A stretch of 64,000 bases of DNA from Paraspadella gotoi (lineage: Eukaryota; Animalia; Chaetognatha). Positions within the stretch are counted from its first letter, which is position 1. Each line of letters starts with the position of its first letter. Under the pieces are notes generated by a model, which was not told the DNA's origin, did no database searches, and was given only the letters and a program-made list of their open reading frames with translations. Location: contig CM119267.1 in assembly GCA_051294375.1 (NCBI GenBank), forward strand, positions 17,152,606-17,216,605. The letters are read 5' to 3'. Positions 1 to 10,763 of this stretch are shown one piece after another. The position numbers and the translations under genes are program-made.

Positions 1-200
1 GGTTCAATAGTACAAGAAAAAAAGTAAAGTTTGGGTAAGGTTAGTGGTATTTACGGTTAAGGGTTTTTTTTTTTTTTGCGCAAAATCTTTTTTTACGAAA
101 AAAAATCCCCGACCGAGAAGTTCCTAAACAGTGGACAATTTTACCGATTTATTTTTTATATAATAATTTAGTTATTATTATAATTATTATTATTTAATAG

Positions 201-1623
201 CGCAAAACAGAATCTTGGAACTGGAAAAGAAACTGGAAGCGGAGAAAAATTCTGGCCTCGGTCACCGAGATTTAAACTATTCACCTCGATCAGGTGGTTA
301 TAAAGGATTAATAAAGGAAATTTATAAAGGATTGTTAGGCTCAATCTTTATGAACATATTCGTCTTTTTCTAACGGTCGTAGCAGGCGTCGACGAGGCGG
401 TGCTATGCTTGGATAAGTTAAAGGAAAAGCTCGGGGTCTCGTCGTCGTTAGATGTCGTCGGAAAAGTTGAACACCTCGCGCAGACGCAGAGCGACGCTAA
501 AAAAGCCGAGAAGGTTCTTAGGAGAATCGCCGACATCGTCGACGGCGACGAGGTATCATTTCAAGTAATAATATTAATTAGTTTTTTCAACTAAGAAGCA
601 TCTTTATCATTCGTTCTAGACATCGAAACACAAAACGTGGTGCAATTCGTCCAACCCGAAATTAATAGAAACCTTGAAAAGATGGCGAGTGGAAGTGACT
701 CAAATCGACGCGGCTCAGAAGACGGCCGAACAGCTTCATCTCAAGCTGTTGGGGGAACCGTTTCAGTCCACCGGAAAGACCACAACTAAAAGCGTCGTTC
801 GGATTTTGGGTTAGGCTTCCCCCCAAAAAAAAACCCTAATACGGATTAGTTGACGAGATTTACAAATGATTGAATATTGAGCACTTGTGCAAATTATTCG
901 CAGAAAATCTGACAAAGAACAACTCTCTCCCATCGTTCGAAAACGCGAAAACGGTGAAAGAAGCTAATTCGCGGACGTTGACTGTCATCGTCTCTCATTT
1001 TCAGAATCTTTTCGACGTGAAAGAGGTTGAGGCCATGATCTTCATGTCCGTCATTTATGATAAATACGTATATACATAATCTTTTATTACCCTTATATTC
1101 TTTCTCAGCTGCCTAACGTCGTCACTCGCATAAATGACGTATACAACAAAATAAACGAAATGCAAAACATCATGAAGGCTCTTCGCGAGATTTTGGGTTT
1201 GACCGAGAAAAGTCCGGGAGGATGGGCCGTCGTCGATGCGGGTTAGACGTTTTCGTGTTAATTACTTTATTCCTAGGCGAATGTAATTGGGCGGTGTAGT
1301 TTTTTTATCGGGTTAACTTGTCTCAAAATAAATTAATTTAGCTTGTTGACCATCGATGTTTTTTTCTTTCAGTGGCCCAACTCTCAAATGCCGTCAATGC
1401 GACGGCGACTCGTCAATTGCAGGAGGTTTTGGGCGTCAAAGACCTGGAGACCGTCGTACAACAAATCGGAGAGCATCAAGAGTTCTGCCCAGTCTTTACT
1501 ATCATTCTACAGAAAGTCATGGAAACGCTTGTTGTTGACAGTCCCGACAAAGTTCTACCTGCTATCCAGTCGTTAAAACTGTTAGCCACTCCGGCACCTG
1601 TACACGACATCGTTGAAGTTTGA
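201..1623 (+). CDS. CEP70: Centrosomal protein of 70 kDa, 3' exons (gene starts before window)
   Basis: Spliced C-terminus IVSHFQNLFDV..LPNVVTRINDVYNKINEMQNIMKALREILGL..LQEVLGVKDLETVVQQIGEHQEFCPVF..DKVLPAIQSLKLL resembles the CEP70 C-terminal domain; GT-AG introns; stop TGA at 1621-1623. Confidence 0.75.
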
Positions 1624-1866
1624 TTCCCTCGCCTCTCTGTTGATAGTTTTAGTATATTAGTAGTCTCAAGATTGTTTTTAAACGCTCGGTGTAATATTTT
1701 TTTTACCCGTTTGTATTTATTTTTTGAATGCTTAAATTTTTTAACTTCTCTCTCTCCAAAACTGCCTTTTATTCGACAATCTACTCAGTTTCCCCTTTCC
1801 ACGAATCGCCTGCGGATTTCCCCCTTCTTTCGCCAAAATTTTCGCCCGCCCAACGGACATTTGCAT

Positions 1867-3585
1867 ATGAGTCAAAAAGTGGAAAAACCTGTCCTTCAAG
1901 GTCAACGCATCAAGACCAGGAAAAGGGATGAAAAAGAGAAATACGACCGAACTTCGTTCAGGGATGCAATTTTCCAAGGATTCTCCGAAGCCAAGGATCT
2001 AGATCAAGTCTCCAAATTCCTCGATGCTGCTGGCTCGAAATTAGATTACAGGTAAACGAAAACACTTTTCCCTTGAGTTCTTTCCTCATCAAGACATTTT
2101 GGAGTCCGTTTTTTTGCTTTCAAAGGCGTTACGGCGAAACGCTGTTCGATATCCTCTTCACGGGTGGAATCCTCGCCCCCGGAGGCGCCGTCGTCGACGA
2201 TGGCGACACGAACAAATCATCCAGGACGGAGTTCTGCGTCTTTGACCAGGACGCGGACACACAGAGCCTCAAGGCGTTCACTCAGGTGCAGCCCCGACGG
2301 TTGTTGACGCAGACTTCTTTAAACATAGAACTTATATATTTTACTTCAAACTCTAATTTTTAAGGTTTTCGTGAAGCTGATTCGCCGGTATAAGTACCTG
2401 GAACGGGCCTTCGAAGATGAGATGAAGAAGGTGCTGATGTACACCAAAGGTTTTTTGCCGGAACAACGTCAAAAGCTGTCCATCGTTACGGCAATTTTCC
2501 TGGCCCAGGTTTGTTTCGTCTTCGATTTACCTAACTTTTATTTTCCCGAGATCATTTTATAAAATGTAAATGTGATCCCAGGGCCTGGTGGCGCCAAGCG
2601 TCCTCAGCTCCCTCTTTCAAGAGCATCTCATCAAAGAAGGGATTGCTTTGGACTTCTTCACGGAACTGCTCCATGCTTGGCTGTCGGAGCGCGAGGCCTC
2701 CACGGTGTGGGCGGCGCTCAAAAAGGCCGGCGTTGACACGCGCCTTATGGAGTTGATGCCGAGCTCCCAGCGCAGCCCGGAGAACTTCAAGAGCCACTTC
2801 AACTCGGCCGGCCTCCAGCAGGTCGTCGCCTTCGTTCAAAACCAACAGAACCAGGCCGTTAAGAAGGAGTTAGTCTCCTCAGTCGAAAAGTTGGTCAAAG
2901 ACGGCGACCCAATCAAGGAGATCATTCAACACGTCAAGGAGCAACAGGAAAAGCTCCAGCTGCCCGAACACGAACTGGTGGTCCTGGTCTGGTCTACCCT
3001 CATGGGCACAGTAGAATGGAACAAAAAGGAGGACTTGGTCGCGGATCAGGCGCTCAAGCATCTGAAGATTTACGCTCCGCTGCTGGCCACGTAGGTTGGA
3101 GGGAAAGAATTTGACGGTTACCTAAACCCAGTTCGATAAATAGTAATAAAGAAATAGACGCTACAATTCTTACATATTATTTTGATATTTATATTATTAC
3201 GTACATCATTGATGAGGAGGGAAGGAACAAAGACCCTTTTCATATTTTTTCCAAATTTTCTTTGTTTATTCTTGATTACTAATTTATTTTTTCTTAAAGT
3301 TTGGCCACCTCGGACAAGTCGGAGCTGACCCTCATTCTGAAAGTCCAAGAGTACTGCTACGAACACATGGTATTCCAACGCGTCTTTCAGAAGATTATTC
3401 ACCTCTTCTACAACAAAGAAGTCTTGTCCGAGGACACCATTCTCAAGTGGTACCGCGAGGCCCACTCCCCGAAGGGCAAAACACATTTCCTGGATCAGAT
3501 GAAAAAGTTCATCGAATGGCTGGAGAACGCCGAGGAAGAGGACGACGACGAGGACGAAGAGGAAGAAGAAGACGAAGAAGACTAA
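1867..3585 (+). CDS. BZW: eIF5-mimic protein (BZW1/2, 5MP), W2 domain; 5 exons
   Basis: [27 protein letters not shown]; [14 protein letters not shown]; [19 protein letters not shown]; W2 box [32 protein letters not shown]. Confidence 0.95.
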
Positions 3586-4465
3586 GAAGACTGAGGCAAG
3601 AGAGGCGGACTGAAAGTCGCCCACGCCTAGGAATGTCGACTTTTGACGAGACTTTGAGAGAGACAGAGCCCAAGGAAGGTAGCTTCCTTATCCAAAATAT
3701 ATTGGACAATCTCGTACCTTTAACAAGGTTTAGCAAAATATATTAACGAAATTCAGTGACTACCCTATTCATTCTAATAAAAAAAGACTATAACTTTAAC
3801 TCGAAACGTTATATTATCAAAATATACAGTTTTTTCCCCCTCCTACTTTTTTGTGTATCCCTCGGTCAGATTACTTGGTGACTTATAGCTTTTTTTCGTG
3901 TGTGTGTACTTTCGTTAATGTTCCTAGCATTAACACGAGTCTTGTCCTGCTTGCATTAATGATTAGTTTTGTTCGACGAGCAAAGATGTACAGTATGTTG
4001 TGCGAAATTCCACATTTTTTATGCACGCATTTAAATTTTTCATTCTTTTTTGCTTTTTTTTGATTGTCCTATTTTTTGTGTGCGATGATAAAGAATGAAT
4101 TCTGCTCCATATTTTTATCTTCTGTACAAAAAAAAGGAAAGAATGGGTGATCTTTTGTGGGCAACTGGAAATTAAAGAGGAAAGATAAATTCACACCTTT
4201 GAGTCGTTGATCGTGCTTTTGCTCAAAACGAATCCACGACGATGACTGCACGCTTAAAAACCTCTTAAAAGAAAACAAATTTTTTTTTTCTATTTTTTAG
4301 TTTTTCAAACGTGAAAATAAAGAATCTACCTGCTCGGATATCGTTTCCTTCTCACAAAATGGACGCATTTTATCGTACAAAACTCTCATGCAATAAAGTG
4401 ATTTCGGGAATGAATTTTAAATAACTAATAATAATTTTTAAAAAAATATTGGTTTGTAGAATATA

Positions 4466-5311
4466 CCCTGAGTCCGTTCGCGAGTGACACCAAAAAAATG
4501 CGTATCATTTCTCATTGTATAAATATTTTTTAAATTTTCTTTTTTCATTCTATAGCAAGGTACTGGACGTTTATTATATTTTAATTTCATGAGATTAATT
4601 TGATATTTACTTATGTAAAACAACCTTTCTTTATAATTAGTAATTACTAATTAATTACTTAAAATTATTAAAATTTATTAATACCATTGATTAAAAATTG
4701 TCTGGGACTCCTTATGATATAAAATAATTATTCAAAACAGTTAAGAACATGCTCAGGACAGCTTATAGAATTGTATAAAGAAAACTTAAGATTTACAATT
4801 AAAAAATTTTTTTAAAAATCATGACTCAGGAATTACTAAACATTACGACAATTCAGATACGCCATTGAATTTTTTAAAAATGGTCTTTTTTCACCAATCT
4901 ACTGATTTAGATAAAAAATTAAATATAGAATAGTAAATGAATTAAACACGTGAAGAGACAGTAATTATTGTTATGAGTTAGTGACAGAACCGTTCAATAT
5001 AAGCAGTCCCTGAGCTTCGGATCAGGCTGTAACACCATGTTACAGGCGGGTTAAGCGCCCCGTCCCTCTTAACTGCCAGACGACCACCGGGCTAGAACCC
5101 CGGACCTTTGGGTTGGGAGGCGAATGACTTGCCTCCGGCACCAATGGCCGCTGATGAACGGTTGGTGGATTTTAGTCCACCATACACGAAATGAAACTTA
5201 TACATAACGTCAAGTAATTCTCCAACTAATGATATACTTATGAATTATATTTATTAAATATTTAAAGTAAAGTAAATATTTTTTTGGTGTCACTCGCGAA
5301 CGGACACGGGG
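4466..5311. mobile_element. Non-autonomous TA-flanked DNA transposon (Tc1/mariner-type MITE) with ~33-bp TIRs
   Basis: ta|ccctgagtccgttcgcgagtgacaccaaaaaaa at 4466 is the inverted match of tttttttggtgtcactcgcgaacggacacgggg|ta ending at 5311; AT-rich non-coding interior. Confidence 0.85.
4988..5163 (-). mobile_element. tRNA-derived SINE-like element (probably Gly-derived head) nested in the MITE
   Basis: Minus strand 5151->5079: acceptor stem GCGGCCA/TGGTCGT, B-box-like GGTTCTAGCC, loop CTCCCAA with a broken anticodon stem; followed by a GC-rich tail with hairpin CTGTAACA/TGTTACAG. Confidence 0.65.
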
Positions 5312-5508
5312 TATAAATGGTCTGTTTTAATTTTTTCTTATTTTTTTATTCAATGAGAAAACCACGGAGTATTTTTATCGTCGCAATCGATTGCGGTGAT
5401 CTAAGGAGAGTAGTTCTTATTTTTGTAACTAAAGTTGTCTCTTTTCTTTTTTGAAACACTATTGTTTTTGCAATGTAGTTGTGTATCAAAGCGGAAGAAA
5501 GGGAAAAA

Positions 5509-7171
5509 ATGAACGCCATCAACGACATTCTTGCATTCCCTTATCCATGGAACGAACTACTAAAACCAAATGGCTTTGGCGACCGCCGTAACTTCAAAAA
5601 CCCTGCCATGATGAATCAGTTAAAGGGTTTGCGTCGTCCTCATTGGAGGATTTTGCTTCTTCATTTATCGGATCGCGTTCCCATAGTCAAGGAAGACGGT
5701 ACGTTGGTTCACGTCCCGCGACTCCTTCGTCTCCCTATAGAATTTCAAACGACCTTGACGTCTTTTATTAGAATCTCCTCTTCGCTTATCTCAAAAAAAG
5801 CCCTGAATGAGTTCGAGGCGTCCATCGCGCCTTTCGACGCGGAACTGACGCGTTGTACTCGAATCATGGCGACTCGATCGTTCGGTCCCACTTCAGTTTG
5901 GGAGGAGAGATTAAAGAGACTAGCGAAAAAATTGAAGTCAAAGTCGGCTGACCTCAGTGTCGACGCGCCCGTCTCGGTGAAGTCTCCTGTCGATTCTCCG
6001 CCGCCCCATCCCCTTGACTCTCCCATTTTCGACTCTTTCGATGTGACCGGTTCTGAATCGGAATCTTCGCCGTCAGCGTCGACGGAGCCTTGCGACCGTT
6101 TATCCTTTAAATTAATCGAATCGGACCTTGTACAGAATTTCATCCTCGAGCTCCGCGGTTGGATAGACGGTCAAGGCTTGAATTCGTCCCGGACGACGAG
6201 TCAGAAACGGAGCGCTGATTCCTTAGATCTCTCTGAGTTCACCCGACTTTCCGTCGAAGAGGCGACGGCCGGTTTAATGTCAGTCTTTCCCGCAGAATCG
6301 ATCACCCTATCGGCTTTGAGGTCGTTGTTGGATCAACTCATAAGTATTGATCACTTAACCGAGGATCCGGCCTTTCGATTTGTGGGAGAAAAGATCATTG
6401 TCAATCAGTTAATGAATTCAGAGGAAACGTTTTCAAGAGCGATCGTACATTCCGTGGGTTAGTGATTTTCATGAATTAATATATCGAATTTCTATATTGA
6501 TTTCCACGACAGTCTGAAAGACGTGTGTTCTTATTTCTTCTCAGGTAAATTTGTCGAATTAAACCCAGCTTCAGGGATTTGCGCAGTGGTTGTCCCTCTC
6601 GCCGTCGAAACTGACAAATTGAAAGATTGTAGATCGAAACAGTTAAACACGCTCCTCAGGTTTCCTTTAAATCATAATGGTAGCAGTGTAGTTGTCGTGT
6701 TTGAATGACCCAATGAAAATTCAAAACATTTTCAGAAGCCTAGTTGCCTTTCACCTTCCATGCGATCATTTACAATCGTTGTTATGCGAGATGTTAGAAT
6801 GGTTCCCGACTTTCGGCGAAGGTAGGTCCAGAGAAGCTACGATTATTTCTTTAGAGCTTGATAATTATTGAACCTTGTTTCTCCGAGGAACCTCCTGTTG
6901 CTTCGGTATCGTCGACGAATTATTTGGCCGAAATGATTTTCAGTTTCTGAACGATGGTCTTCATCGCGTGGTCTCTCGATTTTGCTCAAGTCTTGAAACT
7001 CAACCGAAGGATAAATCTCTCGCGATGCTTTTAGGAAAATTCGTTGGATCTTATGGATTTTGTTTATCCGCTGAAGATGTTTCGAATTTAACTAATTCTC
7101 TTTTTGTCAACAAAACTCTGCTGAAGAGAGGATTATTGATGTCTCTTAAAAAGTTAGCTAATTATAATTAA
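5509..7171 (+). CDS. FANCE: Fanconi anemia group E protein homolog; 4 exons
   Basis: N-terminal HWRILLLHLSDRVPIVKEDGTLVHVPRLLRLPIEFQTTLTSFI and C-terminal LAMLLGKFVGSY..LTNSLFVNKTLLKRGLLMSLKKL resemble the FANCE termini; recognised from memory, not by search. Confidence 0.65.
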
Positions 7172-7209
7172 AATCTTTCAGGCACTTTTCAGTGGGTAAT
7201 CGATTAACC

Positions 7210-8963
7210 ATGGATTCAAGCTATTATGAGAGCGAATTAACCCGAATGAACAGTGAACTTCGCAACGAATTTAATTCTAATAATAGCAACAGCACTAAAC
7301 TTAATTCTGAGCTTGCCAAATTTTATAAAATGCGAGACGAATCTTCCGCTGAAAACGATCTTGATTGGTTCGACAAAGACCTTGAATTTGCTGCAACGTC
7401 GGACGGCGATGAACAAGATAAAGACGAAAATGAACAAGACGTTCCTTATTATGGATCCGAGTTGAGCGCTTTGAAGTTTAATATCCCAGACCCTCGAATT
7501 GCGAATTACCTTTCTCCAAGTCCATCGAAATTGTCACAAGCTGAAGACTGGCTGGACAGCGACGAAGAGATTTTCCCTCTGGATCTCAAAACCAAATCCA
7601 TGAACCGATTCGAGAAGTTTTTGGAAACGGGAAAACTGAAAAGAAGTAATCTGTCCACTTTGGAATCTGATCCGGTCTTCACCTACCTTACGAGGCTGCT
7701 GTGGATGATCAAGAGCCATGCTGTTATAGACTCGGATTCCGGATTCGATTCAGAGATCTCCGATTTTTCCGACAAAGAGATGGACAAAAGTTTGTTCGAT
7801 ATTTTGGAGAAAAGCGATTCAATGCAAACAGCGCCGATGAGCAATCTTGATACCAATATACGGGTAAAGGGGTTAATTTAAACCTTATAAAAGCAGTTGA
7901 TATTTGAATAATTTTTGATGTAAATTGAATTTTCTTTTTAAGGCTACAGAATTTTGCGACCGAAATTCTTTTGAATTTGTGAAAGATTACATCAGTTTAT
8001 TAACTAATGAAATGGAGAGAAAAATTGAGTATGACGTTAGAGCTGAACGCAGACTTTGGTTAGAGGCGTTAAGTCAGTTAGAAAATCACGTTGGCAAATT
8101 GTTTGAATGTTTATCAGGTAAGAAAAACGTCAAGTATATATTCTAATTTACTAGTTATTGATGCTTTATTTAATTGAGTAAATATATAGATTAATTACTA
8201 GTAGGTACTAGTCAGTTATTAGCTTTCGATGTATAGAACTTAATAAACCATGGTAATGTAGTCAATTTGCATGATAAAAATACTAGTTTTGTGAGTTTTT
8301 CTATCAGATAAAGTAACAAAAACGGAAGAGGATCTCATAAAAATGGTTAATGGTCGCGGTGATTCTATGAAAAAAGGTGTCACAGGAATGCAGATTTTGT
8401 GGAATGATGTGAAGTCCTACTGGAGAACAGTTTTGTCATCAGGTTGGTTATTTACTTCGAAGGGTGGGAAATGATTCTATATTTTGAATGTTTTCGCAGC
8501 CTCAAAGAATGACAATCGTTCATGGTTCGAGAATAATAAAAATTACGATAAGATCCAGAAAGGTGAAAAGAGACTCGAATGCGAACTAGCGAAACCAGTG
8601 AGCGCATTGTCCACTGATTTGGCGTCTGGAGTCGCTTCGAAACGAAATTCACCCGATTCAGAAACTTCTACTTGTTGGATGAGAGATGAATCTGTGTCAA
8701 GAACGAGTCAATACCATGCCAATGGGAACACCAAAACTATCCGGAAAGAGTCACAGTTTCCGATTGACATGACGCCCAGTCCCAAGCCGCCTACTAATAG
8801 GATTCAAAACACGAAGTTAACAAGCGATACTTCATCAATTACTTCATTTTCTTACAAATACACCAAAAAAATGCCATCGTCATACTTTTCCAGTCAAAAG
8901 TTAAATAATGGTTCGATTAAGGGTCCCTTGTTAAGGCGCAAGGTTGTTAAAAAATTATTGTGA
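7210..8963 (+). CDS. Uncharacterised acidic/coiled-coil protein; 4 exons
   Basis: ATG 7210 (accATGg); ORF fragments 7192-7881, 7925-8146 and 8484-8963 plus an exon near 8309-8442 join by GT-AG introns; no family recognised. Confidence 0.65.
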
Positions 8964-9309
8964 TTTAAAAAAGGCTATTTCTCGCGTTTCTCTTCCGAAT
9001 TATTTCGTTTCGTTTAATTTATTTCATTTGCGCTGAAAGTGACAGAATCTCGATCAACTTTTTTTTCTCTTTAAATTCTTTTTCATATATGTATTCATAT
9101 TATGTACATTATGTAAAAAAAATGCAATGCAGCATTTTTCGCATTCCGTCATAGTTGGTGAATTTTTACGCATCAAACTTTTTCATGGAAAAAAAAGCTT
9201 TGCTTTCAAAATGTATGATTTGGAATTTCCTCTACATATGTATTGCGATTCTTCATTCACATAGTTTCAATATTTTTTTAAACCAAAACACTATGCGTCC
9301 AAACGGGAA

Positions 9310-10419
9310 ATGGAAGATATACTCGCCACCACGTCACCCCCGCCATTACTAACTAAATCGGCGATCGTATGCATCAGTCTGGTCGCTTATCTTTTCGCGT
9401 TAGCCGTTCTGCTTATTATAAAGGAAATACTCGTTTCTAGAGGTACGATCAAATAATGCAAAAATCCGTATTGAGAAATTTAATGAGAAATTGGGTTACA
9501 TAAAAAATTAATTTGAGATAGGTATATAAACGTTTTAGGAAAATGCACTCAAAACCTGTGTCCGTGCTGCGTCTGCTGCTCTGGCGACCAAAAGCAAACC
9601 GGCTGCCTTGACGCTTTCTGTTTACAATTAGCCGAATGTTGCAATTGCTGCGGCCCCCCGGATGTCGCAACGGCACAATGGTGATGTGAAATGAAGAGTA
9701 TATTTTTGGATTTTAACTCTTCTTAACTAGTTAAATTGACATTACATTGCATTATTTTTCTAAAGGATAGGATTTCTTTCTCATTCAGGTGGGATCAATG
9801 TTGCGCGCGCAGAAAGGGAGGCATCGATTGCTACGACTTAATTCTGTGCCAATGCTGCAACGACTGTAACGTCTGCAGTGAACTTTGCTGTGATCCTAAA
9901 ACTCCTTTTTGCGATTGCCAAGGTGGGCTGATTTTTTAATTGCTTGGTTCGAACATAATTTTTGACTCGGCCTCGTTCTTTTTTCAAGGATGCGATTGCG
10001 AAGGTGTCAAGTGTCAATGCCAAACGCCAGAGTGCCAAAAAATCGATTGCTGCTGCTGCGAGATCCAATTAAAGGGCGGACAGGCTCCTACCGGCGGTTA
10101 TCCTCCACCCGGCGGTTACGGCCATTCGCATGGGGGCTATCCTCCTCCGGGAGGCTACGGATACGGAGGTTATCCCGGGCAAGGTTATGAAGGGGACAGT
10201 TTTGGAAACAGAAGCTACGCAAGAGGTTACGGTAGTGGAGGCTACCGCGGCGACTTTGGGGATCATGGTCGATGGCAGGGCGGGGCCTTAGACTCTCGGG
10301 GCGCTCCGCCTTCGGTTTCTCCGCCCCAAGCTGGAAATCCCTTCCTCGCGTCGAGTCAAGGAGGTCGGGGGGAGTGGAGCGGCGGAAGCAGCTCTAGAAT
10401 CGAGGACACAAGATTTTAA
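9310..10419 (+). CDS. Single-pass membrane protein with a very Cys-rich region and a Gly/Pro/Tyr-rich tail; 4 exons
   Basis: MEDILATT..AIVCISLVAYLFALAVLLII (TM) | GKCTQNLCPCCVCC..AECCNCC | WDQCC..LCQCCNDCNVCSELCC | CDCEGVKCQCQTPECQKIDCCCCEI, then GGYPPPGGYG twice; splice phases consistent. Confidence 0.75.
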
Positions 10420-10763
10420 ACCTGAAAGCAATTTATTACTCGCGTATCGGAAGTCTTGGAAATATTTATATTTCTTCAATCGTCTTGCACAACATTCAAT
10501 CCGTCCATTTTCTCCAGATTTTTACGCAATGCTTTGTTGTTGATTATATTTCTTAATAAATAACATGTCTTTTTCGGCATAAAAGTTTGTACAATTTTAC
10601 CCACCCCAGAGATGGGAATTTTATTTTTCTTTCTGTATTCTTAACTACAAATAGTTCTTTCTTTAGAATTTATTTTTGTTTACCGATAAAGAAGCGCTCA
10701 TGGCTAAATTGACTCACTGAATGTCAAGTCGTGATCAATTAGGAAGACGAAAAATCGATCAAA

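Noticed and set aside
5079-5151. Functional tRNA-Gly gene on the minus strand
   Set aside because: The anticodon stem and D arm do not pair; treated as a SINE head.
5151-5200. CTGATGA...hairpin...GAAA resembling a hammerhead ribozyme core
   Set aside because: Stem II would close with an A-C mismatch, and stems I and III could not be formed convincingly.
8145-8290. Four TACTAGT palindromes in one intron
   Set aside because: Short AT-rich motif with irregular spacing and no supportable structure.
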